A DNA stretch of 63,666 nucleotides, the filler included, from Basidioascus undulatus (Eukaryota): assembly GCA_000826855.1 (NCBI GenBank). It is 8 parts of 8 records of this genome, joined end to end, with 100 filler letters (N's around TTAATTAATTAA, not from the genome) between each part and the next. Parts side by side here need not be neighbours in the genome. Positions count along the whole stretch, not along the records: positions 7,988 to 15,873 come from JTLS01001472.1; positions 15,974 to 23,857 come from JTLS01001473.1; 6 more parts are not named here. The stretch is one strand, 5' to 3'. Each line of letters opens with the position of its first letter. Positions within the stretch are counted from its first letter, which is position 1. The translations under genes and the position numbers were made by a program. Below the pieces are notes generated by a model. It made no database searches and had not been told where the DNA came from. It saw nothing but the letters and a program-made list of their open reading frames with translations. Shown piece after piece: positions 11,167-21,187 of this stretch.

Positions 11167-11436
11167 ATGAAGTTCACCAGTGCAGCAGCGATCGTCATCG
11201 CGGGCATCCTGCCCTTCGTTGCCCAGGCACACGCCTGGAGCTGCTTCTGCTGTCCCGACGACTCTGCGCAGAAAGCGATCGCGCCGACGTACAAGTGCGG
11301 GTCGAAGATGTCCGGCGTCAGCTATGACAACGGCGGCATTCTCAATATCGCCCATTGGTACGGACTGTCCAACGGTCAAAAAGACTCGTTCGAGTCCTGC
11401 TGCTACAAGGGCGGCGCCGATGTTCACTGCTACTGA
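11167..11436 (+). CDS. Small secreted cysteine-rich protein B (89 aa), KP6-like cysteine spacing
   Basis: Signal MKFTSAAAIVIAGILPFVAQAHA and mature region WSCFCC...PTYKCG...SYD...AHWY...KDSFESCC...HCY. 5'-UTR intron starts at 11062 (GTGAGT...GCTAAC...CAG). Confidence 0.85.
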   Translation: MKFTSAAAIVIAGILPFVAQAHAWSCFCCPDDSAQKAIAPTYKCGSKMSGVSYDNGGILNIAHWYGLSNGQKDSFESCCYKGGADVHCY

Positions 11437-12171
11437 GGTGAGCGCGCCGCGCCGCGCAAAATGCGTGTCCGTGGTGCTCACGTCCTCGAACATATCCATC
11501 GACCTCCAGACCGATCATGCCTCGAGGCCTTCCGCTCGATAGCGTACCGAACGAGTGTGATGCTCTGCTGCCCTTTTCTTGTCAAGCCTGTTTGGATATG
11601 TACTCTGACGTATCGCTGCCATCTCGTCTCTTTCGATCCGCATGCTCCCTTCCCATCTCCGCGGCCTTGAAAATAGTTACGGTTACAATAGGCAATGTCC
11701 GACCTGATCTTTAGATCTGCGTCGCCTGATCCATGCTCGCACCGTTTCTCTTCCTCATGCTGACGAAACCACTGATCTCCGTCGCGTATGATGACGTTCC
11801 TCTCGGGCAAGGGCAATCGACTAGACAGCCGATGGTAGCGAAACTGCTAAGACATTTCCCACGGAAACCATGTGACAGGCACGGCAAGAGGAAACTCGCG
11901 ATCAAGAATGCGGTTGTCGTGAGAAATAACCCAGAGGGCGTGTTGACGTAGTGGAGAATTTGCTTCGGTAGGCTCAGTCCTCGAGAACGGAGAGCCATCT
12001 AAGAGGAGAGACGCATCGCCCCAACAGTCGGCTTTTGAGATGAACAGGCAGGTCGCGTTGGTAGCATTGTCAAAGGAAACTGAGGGCCAGACTGTGATGC
12101 GCGCAAGTGCAGCAAGGCTGACCCACGGAATATCCGCATTACAACTGGCTCGCAGTGCTGACCGTGTTTCA

Positions 12172-12245
12172 TGTACAGGCAGGCTGTACAGGCAGCAGGC
12201 TGTACAGACTGGCTATACAGACAGGCTATACAGACAGGCTATACA
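12172..12245. repeat. 13-nt minisatellite, about 5.5 copies
   Basis: T(G/A)TACAG(G/A)C(A/T)GGC units in tandem. Confidence 0.85.
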
Positions 12246-12845
12246 AATGACCAGATACCCTGTGAAGAGTAATGCAATATCTTGCAAGACAAGGTTAAGA
12301 GTGCAGGAGTATTTACTCGCAATAAAAGCAAACGAGTCAACTTGTGAAAGACAATTGTAGGCATCAGAGCAAATGACGCGTATGGGTACATGAGCACACC
12401 ACCTGCAATAGGTGGCGTGCGAGTGTGAGAAGGCGAGGTAAGTGGGTCGTGGGAAAGCGTCAACTGTCGCCGCGCGTCTGGCAGAACGGCTTGAACGGGC
12501 ACTTGCTGCTTAGCATTGATGAAATGTAAGTTGGGCCTCAACCGACGATCGTGGTAGGGACAGCTCTCGCCACTCTTCGTTTGTTCTTCTCGACGCTGCA
12601 CTCTACTCTTGAACGCGACCACTCCTATCCTCCCATCTCTCTTGGCTGGCTCTGTCCGTCTCCCCGTCCTCGCTGTCCTCTTTGCTTGTCTTTGCGCTCT
12701 CGCCGTCATCCGTGCATTGACTTGCACCCGCAGCACTCAATTCCGTTCACCCTTCCCAGACCCCGCTCGTCTATACAACACCCGCTCCCATCAACCATCG
12801 CCCCTCTCCCTCCGTCCACGTCGACCGCCCACCGTCGCCCGCGTT

Positions 12846-14518
12846 ATGACCCTAGACTCCAAGTGGGCCGACCTGAGCATGACGTACGGCCCCCGTATCC
12901 ATGGCTATCCGGAAGAGGACCTCCGCCCGCCCGGCGTCACCGGCGGGCGCGCTGGCAAGAACCGCGGCTACTTTCCCGTATTGCTTGGGCAACAGTTCCT
13001 CCAGGGGAAGTACGTCATCTTGCGCAAGCTCGGCTTCGGCGACTATTCGACCGTCTGGCTCGCGCGCGACCGGTCGTACGTCGCCCTATTGCAGACTTGA
13101 ACCCCTTCTCGCGCGCTTCACTGCAAGCTGATATACGCCGCCGGTTTGCAACGCCGTGCAGCCAGAACCGGTTCGTGGCGCTCAAGATCCTGACCGCCGC
13201 GGCAACGGCGGAGCTCGAGCGCGGCGAGACGGTCGAGATCGCCGTGTTGGACAAGATCCGCCTGAGCCCTGCCGCGCCCACGCACCCGGGCCGGCGGCAC
13301 ATGCTCGACTACTTCGAGACGCTGACGCTCGAGAGCCCGCATGGCGCCCACCGGTGCATCGTCACCCATCTGCGGGAGAACCTCAGCCTCGCACGTCTCA
13401 GGGAGAACCTCAGCCTCGCACATCTCAGGGGGGAGAAGTACTCGGGACAAAACGGCTGGACGATGCCGATGGGCCTCGTCAGGAGCGTCGTGCGCCAAGT
13501 CGTATTCGGGCTTGACTACCTGCACACCGAGTGCGGCATCATCCACACCGGTACGCTTGGGTTCGATGGACCCCCTCTTCCTGCAGGCTTTCGGTCGTGG
13601 ACTTACGCGCCCCTCTCTCCCCGAGACCTAAGCATGACAACATATGTTCCGCCCAGTCAACATCGAGCGCGTCGTCTCCACCGAGCTCGTCGCCGAGCCT
13701 TCGCGAACGTACGCGTGTCCGACCGACATCCAGGCACGACCGCTCGGAGAGGTCCCGCCCGTCGTCTCGCAAGCGTTGTCACTCGGCGCCGCGCCCATCG
13801 ACAAGGACGGCGGTAACCTGCATGCTGTCATTGTGGATTTCGGCCGCGGTGCGTCGTCGTCCGCTTCTCCCCCGTTGTGCTGCCGATGAGACGTCTGTCC
13901 GTCGGTGTGAAGCGCAATGGAGGGACATCGCACTCCATGAGGATATCCAGCCGTACGCCCTGCGCACGCCCGAAGTCACTCTCGGCTATCCGTGGGACAC
14001 CTCCGCCGACATCTGGAACCTCGGATGCCTTGTACGTCCCGTTCCCGACCGCCTCAATTCCGCCTCCCTTCGCCTTCCATTTCCCCAGAGGTCTTTCACT
14101 CACGCGACTTGATAGCTTCACCGGCTGCCGTCTGTTCGAACCCGTGGATGGGCCGAACTGGACGCGGGCCGAGGACCATCTGGCAAGCATGACCCAAGGT
14201 GAGCGCTTCCCTGCCGACATGTTGAGCCGGAGCAAGCACCGTGACCTGTACTTCAAGCAGGACGGTGAGCGGCGCGCTTGCCATTCTCCTGTCCTCCACA
14301 CGCTGACAAGCAGAAACGCAGGCACATTTGCCCATTTTACGACCCGTGAGGTACCCATGCCGCCGCTCAACGAATGTTTGGTCATGGACGCGGAGGGGAG
14401 GGACCATTCTGACCGGGACGCGGTAGAAGCGTTCATCAGGAGGTGCTTGAGGCTGCAGCCCGAGGCGACGGCGACGGCGAAAGAGCTGGCCGAGGACCCG
14501 TGGCTTACGGGGGTGTGA
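12846..14518 (+). pseudogene. SRPK/Sky1-like CMGC protein kinase with a frameshifted catalytic loop (pseudogene or sequencing error)
   Basis: KLGFGDYSTVWLARD, FVALKIL, GLDYLHTECGIIHT, VIVDFG, IQPYALRTPEVTLGYPWDTSADIWNLGCL, FIRRCLRLQPE...ELAEDPWL. The DLKHDNIMF segment lacks two single bases at 13628-13643. Confidence 0.85.
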
Positions 14519-15873
14519 GACGAGGCAGACAAGGAGTGTTGATGTTTGCTTGTTGTGTCCTGTGCTACGTTGCGTGCTATGGTGATCTGTGCTGTGCTGC
14601 GTGCTGCATTACGATATATACAGTTACTTCTCTTAAGCCGGGGCAATACTAGGGACAAGAATACCGGCAGGAGCGCGTCACTGACTAGCAGAAGAGTCAC
14701 TGACGCTCCCTTTCACCTTCGCCAATGGCTTTGCTCCGCCAGACCTGCCTCGATCGTCTGTCCTTTCATGAGCCCATGAACGTGGGGAATCGCCGGAGTC
14801 GCCTTTGCTCACCTTTCTGTGCCTTTGTTCACCTTGGGGACGCCCGAACGGTTTGAGGTTCAACGCGATGCCACCGTACGGCCCGCACCGGGCCCAAATC
14901 AGCTTCAACGATCCTACACGGGCGTCCCTCTTACAAATCCTTGCAACTCTTTCATCCTCCACCGCTCTATTCTACCTTTCTGCGGGCTTGATGGTCGGGC
15001 GGCTTGCACCGGGCCGAGGGCATCAAAGGGAGAGCCTAACCCTACACATCCATACCTCTTCAAAAGCAGCAATACGGTCTGTAGCGAAGGGCAGGTGTGT
15101 GCAGGAGTGATCGTGCCCGTCAGGCCTCCCTCTGCACAGCAACAAAAGACATTGTTTAATGTAGATGCGGGTGCGGCCAGCACCTCGTACTCACAGGCAT
15201 CGCCCAGGTCTCCAAGGACTACAAGCGCATCCGCTGCAATGCCGAGTTGGCACGAGGGCTGTCCACCTGTCCTTCCCATGCGTTCCGGTCAAGCGCCGCG
15301 ATGCGCACGCCCTGGGGCCCCCCCGGGACGCGACGCGCGTATGCCGAGAGGAACGTGGTGGTGTTGACTGGGCTGCTAAAACTCATTATTGGCCTCCTAC
15401 TCTCACTGAACGCAACGTCATCGGCAGGCAGCGGAAGGGTGCCAGCGGGTGCAGGGACCAGTTCGCATGCAGTTAGAGTGGCGAGCTCTGCCGGCCCGCA
15501 ACCTTTTTTCTTCTTCTATCTGCACTTGACATGAATGTACCAAGGAAACCTGTACCCATGCACGACGGTCGTGACGCTGTTCCGTTAGCAGTGGACGTGG
15601 GAGGATGCAAAGGCGCGAACTAGTGACAATGGCGGTGTCACCTCTCTATGCCTTTCCCTACGTGCAGTCGGTCATGCACAGCGATCACGGAGGACTGCAT
15701 GCGTCTTCATCATCCACATATCATGCATGTCCTGCACAGAGTGACAGTAGCTCGTCCGGGACTCTGGCCCTCGCCTACGTACGCAGACACAGCTATGAAC
15801 TGTCTCCCTCCCCCCCTCCGACCTCACCGTCGCGCTCCGCTGGCGTAGAGGCAAGACGGCCCAAGGCCGGACC

Positions 15874-15973
15874 NNNNNNNNNNNNNNNNNNNNNNNNNNN
15901 NNNNNNNNNNNNNNNNNTTAATTAATTAANNNNNNNNNNNNNNNNNNNNNNNNNNNNNNNNNNNNNNNNNNNN
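15874..15973. other. Artificial contig spacer
   Basis: N44-TTAATTAATTAA-N44. Confidence 0.99.
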
Positions 15974-17073
15974 GCCCCGGCGGCGAGGTCGAGCCGCCGC
16001 CCAAGAAGCGTCGCGGTCGCCCGCCCAAGAGCGTCTCCGCTGCGGCGCTCGCTGCCGAGGCCGCCGCCGCGGGCACGCCGGTGTCGGGCAAGCGCAAGCG
16101 CAACCCTGTTGCGTCGACGAGCATGACGCCTTCGCTCAACGGCGACGACGATGATGAGCCGCCTCCGACCACTGTATGTTCGGTTTTCATTCGAAATCGT
16201 TAGATCTGAAGAAGAGCGGGGGCTGAGAGAGGGAGGTGCTGTCGCTGGCGAAAGAAGCAGAAGCGCCGCAAGGGCAACGCCGCGGCCGGGGTCGACTCGG
16301 CGACCAAGGACCTCATCCGCTCGGTTCTGCAGCAGCTCCTTGAAGCCATGTACAACGTCCAAGATCCGGCTGATGGACGCTTGCGCTGCGAACTCTTCCG
16401 CGAGCTGCCGAACAAGAAGGTGCGTTCGGGTTCGCTCACTCACTGCCCTTGCGTGCGAATGCTGACGGCTCTCACTGCAGGCATACCCCGATTACTTCGC
16501 ATTGAGTGCGCACACTCTCTCGTGCCAGCTGGATTGTGAACCTGAACTAGTGAGAAACTAATCAATCCTTTTCACGCCGCTCCAGTTCAACGGCCGATCG
16601 CGCTCAACCGCATCAAGCGCAACATCGAGCGCAAGACGTACCTGTCGGTGGCACAGGGTCGGGATGACTTCCACCTGTGCGTTGTAGAACTTGTCTTCCT
16701 GCGTTGTGAAGAGTCGCATGAGCTAACTGTGTACACTGGACACAGCATGTTCAACAATGCCCGGACGTACAACGAGCCCGGCAGCTGGGTGTACAACGAC
16801 GCGGACGCGATGCAGGCCGTCTTCGACCCGATGTACGAGTCCCTCGTCGCCAACTCGGGCCTGCCGGGCGCCGAGGAGGGCCTCGGCGCGAGCGCGATCG
16901 CGAGCGGCACGGGCGCGCCGTCGACCGCGAGCGCGTCGCCCGCGCCCAAGCAGACGATCAAGCTCAAGCTCGGCGGCGGCAAGGGCTCGGCGGCCAACAC
17001 GCCTGCGGCCGCGGACTCGGACGACGACGAGGACGGCGGGGACTACCATGTCGGTTCGGACGATGAGGACTAG
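15974..17073 (+). CDS. 3' end of a Snf2/Sth1(Snf21)-type chromatin-remodelling ATPase: AT-hook plus bromodomain (5'-truncated)
   Basis: AT-hook KKRRGRPPK. Spliced bromodomain ELFRELPNKK|AYPDYFALI|QRPIAL...DDFHL|MFNNARTYNEPGSWVYNDA, including a 25-nt microexon at 16481-16505. Acidic tail ends at TAG 17073. Confidence 0.82.
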
Positions 17074-19986
17074 ACTTGCTTGTCGTTGTTCTGCACTCCT
17101 CACCGCTCTTCCTTCACCTCGCGAACACTTGTCCTGGCCTGCTTCTTGATATTCCCTTCGCTCTGGCTCCTGGTTTTCCTTTTCACATACTCATTTTTCG
17201 AACGCCAGTCTTGTCTCTTTAGCTGTAACCTTAGAACCATATTCTGTGTCTGGAGATTGATGCTTGAGGCATGTGTACAGAAGTATTCAAGCGCTTGCAC
17301 GCAGTATCAAGTACAAGCCGTGTCGACCACCGCGTCGATTCCGCTGCTGGTCGGAAAACCGTGTCTTGCGCTGAGTGCCACAAGGATGACGATACGTAGC
17401 TCCGCACAGCAAGGGAAGATGCATGGGTCAAACAGTGAATGCACGCGCAAGAGCAGGAGCGACCCCAGGAGCACCTCACCGTCCAGTACAAGGACAAGAA
17501 CAAGCGCATCTACACTAAGCACATTCACTGAAACCCTCGGGCGGACATTGCTGGATACAGTGTGAGTCAGGCATGCTTGCAATCGTATGTGGGATATACA
17601 GGAGAAGAACCACATACCCAAATGTGTGATCAGTGAATATGCTTGGTGGCAATGTGCTTCTTGTCCTTGAGGCGCCCCTTGGCGTCGCTCCTGCGCCTGT
17701 GCTCGCCGTCCCTGTTTGAACGATCCGAAAATAAGTTGAATGGGACTTGACCGAGAAGTTTACAAATGTCTGAGAGGAAGACCGGGGTCGCGTCAGAGCA
17801 GAGGAACGGAGGAGTGGCCATGTCCAAAGAAACGAAGAAGAGGGGAGATACGCTACAGAAACGGTGTCCAGGGTAACGGAGAGAGAAAGGGGACGGCTGG
17901 AGTGTATGAATAATCGCCTCGGTGGCTTCGCAACGCATGCCGTTCCCGGCGACGGACAACTCCCTGCTGCGCTCGCGAGCGTCCCTTCGTGAAGAGCGGG
18001 GTACTGTACACATTTCCCGGGTTCCGGAGATCGTGGTGTCCTGATGTCGATCCTAGAATGCCTGGCGAAGGAGGAGTTGGAAGCAGTCGGTCGGGCAGGC
18101 CTTGTTTGGTTTGAGACGGACGTTAGGCGAAGGACAGGGAGTTTTTCGTCGCCCGACTTGGTAGTCGTTGATGAGCTCCGCATATGCTCTGAGCGCGCAG
18201 TGATATCCACTGCTCGGGATTGGAATTGCCCAAATGAGTCTGGCAGCCGAACAGCCGCAGGCGGACATCGGGAGTCTAACACGTTGCCGTCCGCGTAGAG
18301 CTCATGCACAGTTGGACCAAGAAACCCACCCGTCAGTGTGTTTGTAAATGGTCTTGGGATTGTCCGAATGTTGAGTAAATCGTGTGCTTTAGCTTGAACT
18401 CAGCAGTGTCCTCGACGGCGGACTGGATGACTTTCACGAAGGCGTTCGCCCTGTTCAGCGAGAACTGGCGGGGGCAACGCTTCCTTCATTTCCGTCATTG
18501 CAGGACGTGGAAGAAGCTCTCCAAGTATCTACGCTATGCTCACTTGCTTAAGATGACATTCGCGCACTGCGTGGACGAAAGCGAGGTAGAGACCGTGCGC
18601 CTCGACATCGCCGAGAATCCCTCGCTTGAGCGGACTCGCCGTTTCAACTTTCGGAACCGTTCTAGAATGAAGACGCAAAAGGTGAGCTCCTTGAGGGACT
18701 GAATACCGCGCCGGACCGGGCCCAGAACATTGTTGAGTTCGTTCGTGGAATGATTGACCTTGATGGTGGAGAAGGTTCACGTAGGGGGTGGGGAGGGAGA
18801 GGGACCGCGGGGAGGAAGGGGAGGAGGGGGAAAAAGTGAGAGTGCTGGCGGGAGGAGGTGTCAAAAAGAGGGGTCAGTTACATTTACGACAGTTATATTT
18901 GAAGCTAATGTTATGTGTGCACGCCTGTTTGGCTCAGAAGACGACTTCGAGCACGAATGTGCGCTTGCAAAGCCGGTCTTGCGTACCGAGCCGGTCGGAA
19001 GACTTCCGTTGAGGTTCTCTACCCACTGGAACATGCCACTTTCATCCTTCACGGTTAAGAAGCTCAAGATGCCTTGAGGGTCACTTTGAAGCTTCTCCGC
19101 TTCCGAGGAAAAAGGAGGATGCCCGTGCGAATTGGGAGTATTCAATTTGATCCAGCAGGACCACGCCGGGGCAGGAGACCAGTCAAAAACGCCACAACGT
19201 CTCTGAGTGTCGTTTTGAATTGTTCTCTGGCGTCCTGCATACTTTACAAGTTTGATCGGAGTTTCGCAGCCGTGTGTGGATCGCGGAGTCAGACGTAAAT
19301 GAAGCGAAACTGAAATACCACTGCACTCGATGTCTCTTTCACTTTCATATTCCGAAGTTCTTTATTGTCCTCTTGGAAATAGCGCACGAGTTGCCGTTGC
19401 GTACCAACCTCGGCCACGTGGCGTGACACATTTTCAGCCCTAGAGTCTTCCTGAGTTATAGCTTACGTCCGCTGATTGCCAGTTGGTAGGAAAAGGCATT
19501 GTCTTCAAGTTCCTGTAGTTTCTGCGTGTTGCACTGATGGCACGCACTCCTTGCACACAAACGCATCGGAATCCGCGCCTCCGTGGGTCCGACTCTCCAT
19601 AGACTGTGCCCGCGTATGTTCGCATTCTGTCCGTTCGCTTGATTTGAGACTGCTTTATTCTCGGCCGGAGATTTTATAATCAACTGTATCATAATGGGAC
19701 TAGTAGTTGTAGATGCAACCAACCTTGCACGGCGTGTGGAGAGGATTCTTCACGTTAGTGGCTGCCACCCGCCTGATCAATGCACATAGAGGCTTGGCGA
19801 CTCTTCAGCGTGTTAGATCCCACTAAATAAGTACTTTACGGGCTGAAACACCCGAAAGATCAACTGATAAATGGACCGCCCAAACAGCCCGCACTGCAAG
19901 AGCCGCACCGTCTCGACGTATTTTCACCTTCAGCCCTCCCGGTCTCCCGGAACTCAGCTGCCCTCGTATTCACAAAAGCCTGAGCG

Positions 19987-20740
19987 ATGAAAGCTCGCTT
20001 GTTTCTACCCCTCCTCATGCTCCTTCACTCGCGCGGCGTTGCCAGCGCCCCGTCGCAAACTCTCCGCGCCGCTGTGCAAGCCGGCTCCTTCCGCACCGCT
20101 CAGGGCTTCCCCGGCAAAATTGTCGCTGGGGGAGGAGTTGGGCCAGATGCCTACGCGAAGGTGCGGGCGACCCTTTCCGGCTTTCCTTGCAGGAGAAGCT
20201 CAAAATCTCATCGAACACACCCGTCCCGAGCGTTAATTGGACGGGGCTCACTTTCCAGGGCGGTAAGCGCTCTCAGGCCCTTCCGATTAGGGCACAGTAC
20301 CCTCCCCACCAATGACTCTGAACGCACTCGTGTTCACTACGGATCCGCGAGCTCTGCCATGACCGGCTTCAGGTTCCGGGCTTGACATATACGACTTTAT
20401 CAGAGCGTTGCCGGGCGCACTGACTTTTCAAAGAATGCCTACGAAGACTGTATCTGCAGCCACGGCATCAACAATGGACTCACGATGTGTCACGGTCCCC
20501 TCGTTCTGGCTTGGCGTGTCCCTTAGCTGGTCCTACAGACTCTCGTGCAACTTTCGTTGTAAAGAGATTTTCGTGCTTCCTATGTACGAAAGTGTTCGTA
20601 CAGTCACGTGAGGCTACTTACGCCAGTCGAGGCAGCTCACCGACCACGCAGTCGCGGGAGCTTGCATTGCGAGCAGGTGCAGGCCTACCGACCGATACTC
20701 ACAGATATTCGAGGCAGAAAGCAACAGACGCAAACGATGA
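19987..20740 (+). CDS. Putative small secreted cysteine-containing protein, multi-exon (gene model uncertain)
   Basis: Signal-like MKARLFLPLLMLLHSRGVASA and a donor GTGCGG at 20161. Downstream exon-like segments NAYEDCICSHG, LSCNFRC, and AGACIASRCRPTDRYSQIFEAESNRRKR*. Confidence 0.45.
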
Positions 20741-21187
20741 CAAGTTCTTCAAGCATCGACTGTTTGTCTTTGGCATCTGGCCAGGGAGTACAACTTGATC
20801 TTTTGCAGGGCGGGCGGTCGATCCCGCACTTGGCTCATCAACGAAGGGGGAGCATGGGACAGAATTAACAAAGAAGGGAACAGGATAAGAACAAGACCCG
20901 TAAGTTAACAGAAGAACAAAAGAAAAAAGTAAAGTGGCTAAAGGAAGAAGTAGAAAAACAGAGGATCGTATGCATGCAACAACGAGTGGGGGATTTCGGC
21001 GCCGGAACACATTTGAGAAGATGGGAATGTTGTACAAGTGGCATTGGATAAGAAGAAAAAGATGTTTACGATGAGGTTGGGAAATGCGGCAATGTCGTGA
21101 GAAGCGGAAATGAGGAATAAGAGAGGAGGTGGAGTGGAAGGATGCGGGACAGCGTCGGGGGGCGAGGGCGCAGGATGTGTAGTGCGT

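Noticed and set aside
10871..12245. Short tandem repeats considered as a CRISPR-like array
   Set aside because: Eukaryotic sequence, the units are adjacent with no unique spacers, and there are no cas genes.
17630..18700. Broken minus-strand coding-like segments (LKELTF, VHELYADG)
   Set aside because: Possible LRR/F-box relic, but no identifiable domain or consistent gene model.
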